NCBI GenBank assembly: GCA_046583355.1 | Contig: JAYGCM010000017.1 | Location: 1 to 64,000, forward strand | Reading direction: 5' to 3' | From: Deltaproteobacteria bacterium | GTDB taxonomy: Bacteria > Desulfobacterota > Binatia > UBA12015 | Length of the DNA stretch: 64,000 nt | In this document: positions 1-9,378 of the stretch, piece after piece | Layout: each line of letters starts with the position of its first letter | How positions within the stretch are numbered: the stretch's first letter is position 1 | Program-made: the position numbers and the translations under genes | Notes under the pieces: generated by a model | Told to the model about the DNA's origin: nothing | Seen by the model: only the letters and a program-made list of their open reading frames with translations | Database searches by the model: none

Positions 1-75
1 ATTTCGGCGTCGTTCCTGCCACCTGGTGTCGTGTCTCACATGGCGAGCGGAGCAGGGGTTCGATAGAATCGGATC

Positions 76-1545
76 ATGGCAGGATATTGGTACGACCGAC
101 TGACGGCTCTGGACTCCTCGTTCCTTTTGCTCGAGAAGCCCCACGCGCCCCTTCATGTGGCGTCGACGCTCACCTTTGAGGCGGAGCCTCTGCGTACGCC
201 GGAGGGCGGCATCAATGCGAAGTTGATCCGCGATAATATTGCTGCGGAGATTCATCGCATCCAGCGTTACCGGCAAAAACTCCAATGGGTGCCTTTCTCC
301 ATGCGGCCGGTCTGGGTCGACGACGATCGTTTTCGCCTTGACTATCATGTCCGCCATACCAGCCTGCCCAAGCCCGGTACCGATGAGCAGCTACGCCGTC
401 TCTCGGCGCGGATCATGGAACAGCCGCTCGATCTGACACGTCCGCTCTGGGAAATGTGGATCGTCGAAGGGTTGGAGGGCGATCGTTTCGCGCTGATCTC
501 CAAGGTGCACCATTGCATGATTGATGGGGTCTCGGGCGCCGAGCTTTTGAAAATCATTCTCAGCGCTTCGCCGGATGTGGTTGAGCCGAAGCCGGCGCGC
601 TTCTTCCCGCGCCGCGCGCCTTCGGGCGCCCAGTTGATGCGCGACGAGTCGCTGCGCCGCCTCTCCTTGCCGCTGGGCCTCATCAGCGATGTGCGAGGGT
701 TCTTCCGCGAAGCCGAGGACCGTCGTCGCGAGGTGATCTCGCATTTCCGTGCCGCTGCCGACATGGTCGGTGCCACGATGCAGATGGCAACGCCGACGCC
801 GATCAACCAGGCGGTGAGCCCGCATCGCCGCTTTGATTGGTGGACGATGGATTTCTCTGAGATTCGCGAGGTGCGCCGCGGCCTTGGCGGCAGCGTGAAT
901 GATGTCGTTCTGGCGACCGTTTGCGGGGCCGTGCAGCGTTTTCTCGAGCATCGTCAAGTGAGCCCGAGTTCGGTCGATTTCCGCGTGATGGCGCCGGTGA
1001 GTGTGCGTCGCAGTGAAGATCAGGAAGCTCTGGGCAACCAGGTTTCGGCCTGGCTGATCGATCTGCCGATTGGCGAGATCGATCCGCGTGAGCAGCTTCG
1101 CCAGATCCAGGTGCAGACCAACGAGCTGAAACGCTCGAGGCAGGCTGTGGGCGCCACTGTCCTGGCCGCGGCCGCCGAGTGGGGTTCCTCCACTCTATTG
1201 GCGCTGGGCGCGCGCAACGTGTCGCGCGTTCTGCCCTGCAATCTCATTGTGACCAATGTGCCGGGGCCGCAAATGCCCCTGTATATGCTCGGCGCGAAAA
1301 TGCTCGAGACATTCCCGCTGGTGCCGCTGGTCGACAACCTCGGCCTGGGGATTGCGCTGATGAGCTATAATGGCAAGCTCTGCTGGGGCTTCAACGGCGA
1401 CTACGATCTGGTGCCCGACCTCGAGGTCTTCAAGGGCTTCATCTGCGAATCCTTCGCGGCGCTCAAAGAGGCTGCCGGCGCCGGGCCGCTTCGCAGCCCC
1501 AAAGAGGCCGAGGCACCGCTGCAGATCGTCCCGCATCCGGCCTGA
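76..1545 (+). CDS. Wax ester synthase/diacylglycerol O-acyltransferase (WS/DGAT family)
   Basis: 489 aa; N-terminal RLTALDSSFL, catalytic HHCMIDG (HHxxxDG), C-terminal NLIVTNVPGP. Confidence 0.93.
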   Translation: MAGYWYDRLTALDSSFLLLEKPHAPLHVASTLTFEAEPLRTPEGGINAKLIRDNIAAEIHRIQRYRQKLQWVPFSMRPVWVDDDRFRLDYHVRHTSLPKPGTDEQLRRLSARIMEQPLDLTRPLWEMWIVEGLEGDRFALISKVHHCMIDGVSGAELLKIILSASPDVVEPKPARFFPRRAPSGAQLMRDESLRRLSLPLGLISDVRGFFREAEDRRREVISHFRAAADMVGATMQMATPTPINQAVSPHRRFDWWTMDFSEIREVRRGLGGSVNDVVLATVCGAVQRFLEHRQVSPSSVDFRVMAPVSVRRSEDQEALGNQVSAWLIDLPIGEIDPREQLRQIQVQTNELKRSRQAVGATVLAAAAEWGSSTLLALGARNVSRVLPCNLIVTNVPGPQMPLYMLGAKMLETFPLVPLVDNLGLGIALMSYNGKLCWGFNGDYDLVPDLEVFKGFICESFAALKEAAGAGPLRSPKEAEAPLQIVPHPA

Positions 1546-1600
1546 GGCCTGTGGGGACGTTCCTTACCTCGCGTTGATTTCCTTACCTCACGTCGGGCCT

Positions 1601-2188
1601 TTAGGGGGCGTGTTCGGCGTAATTCGGCGAGAGGACGATATCGCGTTGTTGTCCGTGGCGCAGCGATACTTCGCCGGCGACCAGCGCGGTTTTCTCGGCG
1701 GGGGCGCCGCGGATCGAGCCCAGCCAGCTGACATGGCAGAGAACAAAATAATCGCCCTCGGGAAGGCCTTCGAAGCGGAAATCGCCGTCACGGTTGGTGC
1801 GTCCGGTCCAGATTACGACACCCAGTTCGTCGAGTTCGGTGAGCGGCATTTTTCTCTCGGCGGCGGCTTCAGCGAAGACCTTGCGTGAGAAGGTGGTCGC
1901 CGGGGTCAGGCGGACTACGAGATTGCGCGCAATGACTTTCTCGCCGTGGTCGTTGGTGAGTGAGATATTGCCAGAGAGGATCGCTGCGCCAGGTTGCCGG
2001 TAGGGCGCGTAGGCCTCGGCGATGCGTTGCGAGCGCAATGCATCGCGCGGGAAGCCGAAGGTTACCGCGCGGCCTCCACAGCCAGCCCAGAGCGGGGCCA
2101 GGATGGCGGTGATGGCGATAGCTCTCAGGAGCCTATGCGGCTTTGGTGCGGCAGAGACTGATCGATGTACGCGCTGCATCTCTGGCAA
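1601..2188 (-). CDS. Hypothetical lipoprotein with carboxypeptidase-regulatory-like beta-sandwich
   Basis: Hydrophobic signal with lipobox LWAGC; TNRDGDFRFEGLPEGDYFV motif; start may be 2179. Confidence 0.6.
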   Translation of the reverse strand: MPEMQRVHRSVSAAPKPHRLLRAIAITAILAPLWAGCGGRAVTFGFPRDALRSQRIAEAYAPYRQPGAAILSGNISLTNDHGEKVIARNLVVRLTPATTFSRKVFAEAAAERKMPLTELDELGVVIWTGRTNRDGDFRFEGLPEGDYFVLCHVSWLGSIRGAPAEKTALVAGEVSLRHGQQRDIVLSPNYAEHAP

Positions 2189-2231
2189 AGATGGGGGTTG
2201 TTGGTTGGCGCGTCAAGGCTGCACCGCCGAT

Positions 2232-3710
2232 TCAGACCGAGCGGCGGCGCGTCCGGGTGCGTGCCTGGCGTTCGGCGGCGTCGGCTTCGGCCATCATTTT
2301 GACCGCGCTGGAGAGGCTCTCGGGTCGCTTATAGCGTGCGTTGGGGCGGCGCAGGCGGGGTCGGGAGTCGGGCTCGGCGATCGTGCGCATGTTTCGGTGG
2401 TGGGCGCGGCGCAGCTCTTGGAATGATTTTTCGAGGTCGCTCATCAGCGCTTCTTCGTCGGGGACCAACTCGGGGTCGATATGCGCACAAAGGGACCAGC
2501 TATCGGCGTGGTTCATCACGGCGAACTCGATTCCCATGCTCTGGTAGAGGGGGACAACGCCGTGCACCGCGCGGATTTTTACCCCGGCCAGCGTCCGCGG
2601 CTCGCGTGGGCCGGGTACGTTCGTGCAGATCGTATTGAAAATAGGGGTATCCGGCAGCAGCCCGGGTAGTGCGGCACCGAGCGCATTGGGCAGGCTTGCC
2701 AATGCGCCGAGCAGCAATGCGGTGGCGCGGGGTTGGCCGCGTTCCTTCAGGGCCCGTGTCTCACGCACCACGGCGCGCAGGCGTTCCTCGGCGTCTTGGA
2801 TATGGACCGGCAGCTTCGGGAACATGGCCGAGAAGAGGTTCCCCATTGAGGTGTCGCCGCGCTCAGAGCGCACGCTCACGGGGACCAGGGCGCGCAGCGC
2901 CTCACGCGCGCCGCCGCGGTCGTGGCGGCGGATATAGCGTCGCAAGCCGCCGCTGATCACCGCCAGCGCGATATCGTTGGAGGTGCAGCCGGCCTGGCTG
3001 CGAATGGCGGCGACGTCTTTCCAGGGCAGGGTTGTCCAGCAGATCCGTCGGCGCGCCGAGAGGCTCGCGTTGAATGAGGTCGCTGGCGCCTCCTGCTCTT
3101 GGAGAAACGAGAGCAGGGTCGAGGCGATCTCGGCTACATCTTTGGCCCGGTCCCAGAGCTGGTCGGTGCCGGCGAAGGAGTCGAGCAGCCGGGGCGCGCG
3201 GCCCTGGGCAGGCGGCGGCTCGGCGGCGGGCGTGCTGGTTTCGAGCGGGTCGGTGAGCAGCTCGAGCAGCCGGGCACCGCTCATTCCGTCGAGCATGCAA
3301 TGGTGCGCACGAAAGAGCAGGGCGCTGCGTCCCCGCGCGCCGCCTTCGAGCAAGATGGCCTCCCAGAGCGGGTGTTCGGGGTCCAGCGGTGGGGCGAGGA
3401 GCCGCTCGAGCGCGTCGCGCAGGGCGGCATCATCACCGGGCTGGGGCCACGCGGCATGGCGGATATGGCGCTCAAGCTGGAATTGCGGGTCGCCCGCCCA
3501 GACGGGGGCTTCCACATCGAGTGCCACGCGCTGAGGGCGCTGGCGCAGCCGGGGGATGGTGGCGAGCCGGGCACCAATGGTTTCGAGCAGTCTGGGGTAG
3601 GACAGATTAGCGTCCAATTCGACCAGGCAGGCGACGACCAGGGGCTGGCCCGGCTTCTCAAAATAGAGAAATGCCGCATCTATCGCCGACAGGCGCGCAC
3701 CCGAATCCAT
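2232..3710 (-). CDS. Second WS/DGAT family acyltransferase
   Basis: RLSAIDAAFL, HHCMLDG, NTICTNVPGP; ATG at 3710 preceded by GGGAGCAGGGA. Confidence 0.92.
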   Translation of the reverse strand: MDSGARLSAIDAAFLYFEKPGQPLVVACLVELDANLSYPRLLETIGARLATIPRLRQRPQRVALDVEAPVWAGDPQFQLERHIRHAAWPQPGDDAALRDALERLLAPPLDPEHPLWEAILLEGGARGRSALLFRAHHCMLDGMSGARLLELLTDPLETSTPAAEPPPAQGRAPRLLDSFAGTDQLWDRAKDVAEIASTLLSFLQEQEAPATSFNASLSARRRICWTTLPWKDVAAIRSQAGCTSNDIALAVISGGLRRYIRRHDRGGAREALRALVPVSVRSERGDTSMGNLFSAMFPKLPVHIQDAEERLRAVVRETRALKERGQPRATALLLGALASLPNALGAALPGLLPDTPIFNTICTNVPGPREPRTLAGVKIRAVHGVVPLYQSMGIEFAVMNHADSWSLCAHIDPELVPDEEALMSDLEKSFQELRRAHHRNMRTIAEPDSRPRLRRPNARYKRPESLSSAVKMMAEADAAERQARTRTRRRSV

Positions 3711-3951
3711 CGTATCCCTGCTCCCATGCGATCGCCGGATCGCATTTGAAACCAAACCAAAATGTAAAGGATCCTCTTGCGTGATTTAGCGCACGAATTG
3801 CGCCGCAAGAGGAGAGCAGTGGATCGCGTCCTCGGGGGTGAAAGTCAAGGGGTGCGGGCGCGCTTTTGCACAGAGGGAGACCCGGGACGAAGGTCCGTGC
3901 GGGTCTCCCCGCCGCCTGCCGGGGAAGCCTTGGGGAGGGAGGAGGGTTGGC

Positions 3952-4278
3952 TCAACCGGGGGGTGATCCGGCAAGCAGTAGCGTCCACGGCAGGACAGCG
4001 AGGAAGGTGTAGGCCAGGGCAATCGAGGAGAGGCTGGGGACGACAAGGGGGTGGTCGCCGCGGCGATACATTACGTAGAGGAAGCAGAGGGCCATCAGCT
4101 TCATGAAGAGAATGCCGCCCACCGGCCCGATGGACTCCATCGCAGTGGCTACAATCGGGTTTCCTTCGGCGAAGCCACGTGAGGTCCCGACCATGGTGAC
4201 GAACCCGTCGAGGAATTGGAGCACGACGTTCGCGCCGACGAGGACGCGAAGCCGGGTCTTGTTGGTGGTTTTCGTCAC
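3952..4278 (-). CDS. Small membrane protein, DUF5658-like
   Basis: 3' part of the 3952..5568 ORF: LQFLDGFVTMVG...FAEGNP motif with ~3 TM segments; GTG start inferred. Confidence 0.65.
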   Translation of the reverse strand: MTKTTNKTRLRVLVGANVVLQFLDGFVTMVGTSRGFAEGNPIVATAMESIGPVGGILFMKLMALCFLYVMYRRGDHPLVVPSLSSIALAYTFLAVLPWTLLLAGSPPG

Positions 4279-4290
4279 GCTTGGGGTTTC

Positions 4291-4306
4291 AGCAAGGTGC
4301 GAACCA
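4291..4306 (-). promoter_or_regulatory. Possible sigma-54 promoter for the DUF5658-like gene
   Basis: Minus strand TGGTTCGCACCTTGCT (GG-N10-GC); predicted +1 near 4280, just before the GTG start. Confidence 0.4.
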
Positions 4307-4476
4307 AGCGAGGCCATACAAAACGGGCATTTTTTCCGATGCCACCCTTGCCGTGTTGCACGATCTGGGGGAGAGCATGGTTGCATGCACGCAATTTCGC
4401 AGAACCCGTTGCGGTTCGCTTTATGGCGGGCTCGGCGAGCCGTATGCAGCCGCGAGCGTAACGGCGAGGAGATCTG

Positions 4477-5643
4477 ATGTCGCTGCGTCTCGCTATCCTG
4501 GGAACCCGCGGTGTGCCCGCCAACTACGGAGGCTTCGAGACTTTCGCTGAGGAGCTCTCCACGCGCTTGGCCGCACGCGGTCACGAAGTGACCGTCTTTG
4601 GCCGCTCGGGCCAGATTGCGCCCGAGCTTGACGGGCAGATCTGGCGCGGCGTCCGCATCGAGCTTCTGCCGGCGCCGCGCCGCAAGCATCTGGAGACCGT
4701 CGTGCATACGTTGCGCTCGGCGCACCGGGTACGCGGTCGCTTCGATGCGGCGCTGGTCTGCAATGGCGCGAATTTTCTCGCTCTGCCATTGCTCCGGGCT
4801 GCCGGATTGCCGACCGCAGTCGCGGTTGATGGCATCGAGAGCGCGCGGCGCAAATGGGGACCGAGCGGGCGGGCGTTTCACGCGGCCGCGCAATTCCTTG
4901 TGCCGCGGCTCGCGGATGTGATTGTCGCGGATTGCGATGTCATTGAGGCGTATTACCGCCGCCGTGGTGCGCGGCGGGTCATGCGGATCGCCTATGGTGC
5001 CGAGGCGCCGGCCGAGACGGGCGAGGCGGCGTTGGCAAAGCTTGGCGTCCGCTCCCGGAGCTACGTCCTCTATGTCAGCCGCCTCGAGCGTGAGAATAAC
5101 GCCGATGTGGTGATTCGTGGCTTCCTTGAGGCCGGCCTCGACTACGACCTCGTGGTGGTTGGCGATGCGCCTTACGCCGACGCCTACAAGGCTGAATTGC
5201 GGAAACTCGCTGGCGGAAATCCGCGCATCCATTTCGCCGGCTATGTTTTCGGCGAAGGCTACGACCAATTGCGCGGGCATGCCGCAGCCTGGGTGCAGGC
5301 CACCGAACTTGGCGGCACGCATCCGGCGTTGCTCGAAGCGATGGCGGCTGAGTTGCCGATTGCCGCCAACGATATTCCCGAGCATCGCGAGGTATTGGGG
5401 GACGCCGGTCTCTATTATGCCTACAACACGTCCTCGTCTCTGGCGGCGCAGCTCCGCGCGCTTCTTGCGCCCGGCGATGCGGCCGCGGCCGAGCGCAGCC
5501 GGGCGCTGGCCCGTGCGGCCGGCGAGCGGGTGCGCCGGCTCTACGATTGGCAGGGCATCACGGGGCAATACGAAGAACTTTTCGAGCGTCTAGTCCACCA
5601 TGGTCGCCGGGGTTTTCTTGCCGCCGCTGGTGGTCTGGGCTAA
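4477..5643 (+). CDS. Glycosyltransferase family 4 (GT-B, DUF1972-type N-terminus)
   Basis: ILGTRGVPANYGGFETF N-terminus; ELGGTHPALLEAMA (E-x7-E-like) motif; RBS GAGGAG. Confidence 0.9.
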   Translation: MSLRLAILGTRGVPANYGGFETFAEELSTRLAARGHEVTVFGRSGQIAPELDGQIWRGVRIELLPAPRRKHLETVVHTLRSAHRVRGRFDAALVCNGANFLALPLLRAAGLPTAVAVDGIESARRKWGPSGRAFHAAAQFLVPRLADVIVADCDVIEAYYRRRGARRVMRIAYGAEAPAETGEAALAKLGVRSRSYVLYVSRLERENNADVVIRGFLEAGLDYDLVVVGDAPYADAYKAELRKLAGGNPRIHFAGYVFGEGYDQLRGHAAAWVQATELGGTHPALLEAMAAELPIAANDIPEHREVLGDAGLYYAYNTSSSLAAQLRALLAPGDAAAAERSRALARAAGERVRRLYDWQGITGQYEELFERLVHHGRRGFLAAAGGLG

Positions 5644-5655
5644 CGCCTCTACCTG

Positions 5656-7167
5656 ATGGCCACACCGGCAAGAGCGCGTAACCGCGCCCGCCGCGGCGGC
5701 GTTTCCGGGCAAGGCGTGCCGCAGAGCCTCCGCGCATCACCGCCGCTCCTGAGCCCCGGTGCGCGACAGATGGGCGTGGCCCGAGCTGGTCCCGCCGCGC
5801 ATTATCGGAATCTGGCACAGATCACCGATGGTCTGGTGCTTCTGCTGGCTTTTCCGCTGGCTTTTCTTGTGAAGACGCGGGTACTGCCCTCGGATCTCAC
5901 CAGCCTCTACGACCCCTCCGTCTACTTTACGCCGGCGGGAATTTTTGCCATTGCGTTGCTCGTTTTTCTGGTGCGGCGCGGCGCCTACGGGCCGCTTGCC
6001 TTCCTCCATTTGCGTGCACTCCTGGTGCCGGTGGCGGCGGCTTTCGGGCAGGCCTTGCTGCTCGTCTTCGCCCTTCTTTTCGCCTTCAAACTTGGCTATG
6101 TCTCGCGCCTTTTTGTCGGGCTCTATGCCGGCACGGGACTCCTGCTGCTGCTCGCCTCGCGGCTGATCTTGCGTCGTTTCGCGGCAGAGCTGCGAGCCTC
6201 GGGCCTGGGTGCGGCGCGCGTGCTGCTGGTGGCAACCGAGGCCGATGGCCTCCGCGCGACCGGCGAGCTCAACCGCGAGGCGCCCTTCGGCGTCACCAGT
6301 GTCGGCCGGGTCGCGCCGGTCGATCTGGAGGGGGGGGACGCCCAGCGGATTGTGGATATTTTCGCACGCGAGGCGGTTGACGAGGTTGTGGTGGTCTCGG
6401 GCGAGTTGGAGAGCCCCCAGGTCAGTGCCATCCTGGATGCCTGCGCGAGTGAGGGTGTTGCGCTGCACCTGGCGAGTAGTGTGTTCGGCCGCGGCATGGA
6501 GCGCGTATTGCTCGACCAGGTGGGCGATATCCGCCTGCTCTCGATGAACGCGCAGGCCCATGCACCGCTGGGCCGTGCGGCCAAGCGAATTTTTGATTTC
6601 GCAGCTGCTCTGGTGCTCCTTCTTTTGTCGCTGCCGGCTTGGCCCCTGGTCGCCTTGGCGATTCGGCTCGAGACCGCTGGTCCGGTTTTTTACACGCAAG
6701 AACGTCTCGGCTTGAACAAGCGTCGCTTTCGCATGTTGAAGTTTCGCAGCATGGTCGAGGGCGCCGACCGCCAATTGCCGGATATGCATCCTCTTAATGA
6801 GGCCGACGGGCCGATCTTCAAGCTGCGTGACGATCCCCGCGTGACCCGTGTCGGACGCCTGCTGCGGCGGATCGATATCGATGAGTTGCCGCAGGTCCTG
6901 AACGTATTGATGGGCCAGATGAGCATCATTGGCCCGCGGCCGATGCTGCCTGCGGAGGTCTCCGGTTTCGAGCCTTGGCAGCGCAAGCGTTTTTCCATGC
7001 TGCCCGGTATCACCGGGCTTTGGCAGGTCAGCAATAGGCTCGGGGATCCCTTCCTCAGGGGCCTGGAGGCCGACCTGGATTATATTGACGGCTGGTCGTG
7101 GCGCCTCGATCTTGAGATTCTCCTGCGCACGATCCCGGCCATGTTGCGAGATCGAGTAGCCCCATGA
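5656..7167 (+). CDS. Polyprenyl-phosphate sugar phosphotransferase (WcaJ/WbaP-like priming glycosyltransferase)
   Basis: N-terminal TM helices; C-terminal KRIFD, KFRSM, DPRVTRVGRLLR, IDELPQ, GPRP, PGITGLWQV; true start may be 5770. Confidence 0.92.
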   Translation: MATPARARNRARRGGVSGQGVPQSLRASPPLLSPGARQMGVARAGPAAHYRNLAQITDGLVLLLAFPLAFLVKTRVLPSDLTSLYDPSVYFTPAGIFAIALLVFLVRRGAYGPLAFLHLRALLVPVAAAFGQALLLVFALLFAFKLGYVSRLFVGLYAGTGLLLLLASRLILRRFAAELRASGLGAARVLLVATEADGLRATGELNREAPFGVTSVGRVAPVDLEGGDAQRIVDIFAREAVDEVVVVSGELESPQVSAILDACASEGVALHLASSVFGRGMERVLLDQVGDIRLLSMNAQAHAPLGRAAKRIFDFAAALVLLLLSLPAWPLVALAIRLETAGPVFYTQERLGLNKRRFRMLKFRSMVEGADRQLPDMHPLNEADGPIFKLRDDPRVTRVGRLLRRIDIDELPQVLNVLMGQMSIIGPRPMLPAEVSGFEPWQRKRFSMLPGITGLWQVSNRLGDPFLRGLEADLDYIDGWSWRLDLEILLRTIPAMLRDRVAP

Positions 7168-8318
7168 ATAACAATGATAAAATACAGCTTCTCGACACCG
7201 GCGCGCAATGGGCCGAAATCGCCGAAGAGGCAGAGCCGGCCGTGCTTGAGGTCTTGCGCAGTGGGCGCTGGGCGCTTGGCCCGCGCGTCGAGGCCTTCGA
7301 AGAAGAAATGGCCGCCTACCTGGGCGCCCGCCACGCCATCGGCGTGGCATCGGGCTCCGATGCCCTGATTCTGGCTCTCTTGGCACTCGATATCGGCCCC
7401 GGCGACGAGGTCATCACGACCCCCTCGACCTTCATCGCGACGGCGACTGCGATTGCGCGTGTCGGTGCCGTGCCGGTTTTTGCCGATGTCCACGCAGAGG
7501 ACCTGCTGCTTGATGCGGCCGCGGTGGAAAAGGTCATCACCAAGAAAACGCGCGCCATCTTGCCTGTGCACCTCTATGGTCAATGCGTCGATGGCGAGGC
7601 TCTCGACGCTGTGGCGCGGGCGCACCGCCTGCCGATTGTCGAAGATGCCTGCCAGGCCGTCGGGGCGACTCGTGGCGAGGTGCGGGCAGGTGCCTTTGGC
7701 GAGTTGGCCGCCTTCAGCTTCTACCCCACCAAGAACCTCTCGGCCGCGGGCGACGCCGGACTCGTCACGACCAATGACGAGCGTTTGGCCAAGCGTGTGC
7801 GCCGGCTGCGCGACCATGGTTCGGAGGTACGCTACGCGCATATCGAGATCGGCTTGAATAGCCGCCTCGATGCCGTGCAGGCAGCCATTTTGTCCGTCAA
7901 ATTGCGGCGGCTCGACGGCTGGACAGCGGCTCGCAACCAGATCGCCGACGCCTATCTCAGGCTTTTTGCCGCGGCCGACCTCGGCGAATCCATCCGCCCG
8001 CTAAAGCGTCACGCAGGCCGCCACGTCTTCCATCAATTCATGGTGCGGGCCGAGCGCCGCGACGAGCTGCGCGCGCATCTCGCGGCCTGCGGGATTGGCA
8101 GCGAGGTCTATTATCCCATTCCCCTGCATCTGCAGGAATGCTTTACGCCGCTCGGCTACGGTGCGGGCGACTTCCCGGTCACCGAAAAGGCGGCCTGCGA
8201 GCTGGTCGCGTTGCCCATCCACCCCGGCCTCACGGACGCTGAAGTCGAGCGCGTGGTCAGCGTCATCGCCGACTTCTACGGACACGCGGGCGCCCCGCCG
8301 ATACGGCCGAGCACATAG
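7164..8318 (+). CDS. DegT/DnrJ/EryC1/StrS family PLP-dependent sugar aminotransferase
   Basis: VASGSDAL, PVHLYGQ, IVEDACQA, FSFYPTKNL (PLP Lys), NSRLD; overlaps upstream stop (ATGA). Confidence 0.95.
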   Translation: MNNNDKIQLLDTGAQWAEIAEEAEPAVLEVLRSGRWALGPRVEAFEEEMAAYLGARHAIGVASGSDALILALLALDIGPGDEVITTPSTFIATATAIARVGAVPVFADVHAEDLLLDAAAVEKVITKKTRAILPVHLYGQCVDGEALDAVARAHRLPIVEDACQAVGATRGEVRAGAFGELAAFSFYPTKNLSAAGDAGLVTTNDERLAKRVRRLRDHGSEVRYAHIEIGLNSRLDAVQAAILSVKLRRLDGWTAARNQIADAYLRLFAAADLGESIRPLKRHAGRHVFHQFMVRAERRDELRAHLAACGIGSEVYYPIPLHLQECFTPLGYGAGDFPVTEKAACELVALPIHPGLTDAEVERVVSVIADFYGHAGAPPIRPST

Positions 8319-8421
8319 GGCGAGCTGCGGAGGAAGAACACCGTGTCCAGCCTCCGAGCCTGAAAGGCGCGTCCGAGCGGAAGCGAGCTGGGGGAAGGAG
8401 GAGGACAGAGTCCCCCCCTAC

Positions 8422-8541
8422 AAAAAAATGACCGGGCGACCATAAGGTCGAGATTGTGGGGTACGGATGCTGTGGGCGGAGGAGTCTGTGCGCTCGGGTG
8501 CGTGAGCCGTGATCTGAGTTCCGGTAGATCGCCCGGTCGAA
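8422..8541 (-). ncRNA. Candidate sigma-54-dependent small RNA (~120 nt)
   Basis: Starts 12 nt downstream of a consensus -24/-12 promoter; 5' GACCGGGCGA pairs with 3' TCGCCCGGTC; ends in 7 U; lies in a non-coding intergenic gap. Confidence 0.6.
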
Positions 8542-8551
8542 GCTTCTTCGC

Positions 8552-8567
8552 TGCAAGCGTGGTGCCA
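8552..8567 (-). promoter_or_regulatory. Sigma-54 (RpoN) -24/-12 promoter
   Basis: Minus strand TGGCACCACGCTTGCA matches TGGCAC-N5-TTGCW. Confidence 0.75.
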
Positions 8568-8922
8568 GAATAAGGTCAACAACTACGGGCACTCTGGTGT
8601 TGCAGAACTGCAACCCGCAAAGCATATCGCCGGCTGGGAGCCTTGTTGGTTGGCGGTTTGCAGCTGGGTTCTATGGCAATGCTCCTGGGGAAGCCCTAGT
8701 AAGTATAGGTAGAAACCTTGGGAAAAGGGCTTGGGACTAGGGGTAAACACCTACTCTCCTTCGGCCGATCGGCGAACTTGCCCACATCGAGCGTCCCCGC
8801 AGCATCGCTCGGCTGCCGTGCTGATCTGCAATGAACCTTCCGTATGGTTTCCGGCGCACCAATGCATGGCCACGGCTGGGCCCCGGTGGACCTGGCCTGG
8901 AGGGCGCGGTAGGAAGCCGGCG

Positions 8923-9378
8923 GTGCGCAGTGATGCTCTATTGCTCTTTGTCGCCCGCGGCTTCGGCACCGGGTTGGTACCGCGTGCCCCGGGCACGGCA
9001 GGCTCGTTGCTGGGCATTCCGCTCTATTGGGGATTGCTCCAATCGGGCTGGCCTCCTCTGGCGCAGGCGCTCGCTCTGGTCGTCTTCGTGGCGGTTTCCT
9101 GCGTGATCGCGGGCCGCGCCGAGGAGTTGATCGGCAAGCATGACTCCGGCGAGATTGTCATCGATGAGATCGCCGGGATGGCTGTAGCGCTCTTCGCTCA
9201 CGAGCCGACGCTGCTGAATATTGCCGTGATTTTCGCGCTCTTCCGCTTCTTCGATATCGTGAAAATCTGGCCGGCGAACCTCATCGACCGTCGCATGCCG
9301 GGTGGTCGGGGCGTGGTATTGGATGATGTCGTGAGTGGGCTCTATGCAAGCCTGCTCGCATGGGGGATCGGCTTTTGA
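8923..9378 (+). CDS. pgpA: Phosphatidylglycerophosphatase A
   Basis: GFGTGLVPRAPGTAGS, HDSGEIVIDEIAG, FRFFDIVKIWP, GVVLDD; GTG start after AGGAAG. Confidence 0.93.
   Translation: MRSDALLLFVARGFGTGLVPRAPGTAGSLLGIPLYWGLLQSGWPPLAQALALVVFVAVSCVIAGRAEELIGKHDSGEIVIDEIAGMAVALFAHEPTLLNIAVIFALFRFFDIVKIWPANLIDRRMPGGRGVVLDDVVSGLYASLLAWGIGF

Noticed and set aside
3952..5568. 538-aa minus-strand ORF
   Set aside because: Mostly an antisense shadow of the GT4 gene; only the last ~108 codons look like a real membrane protein
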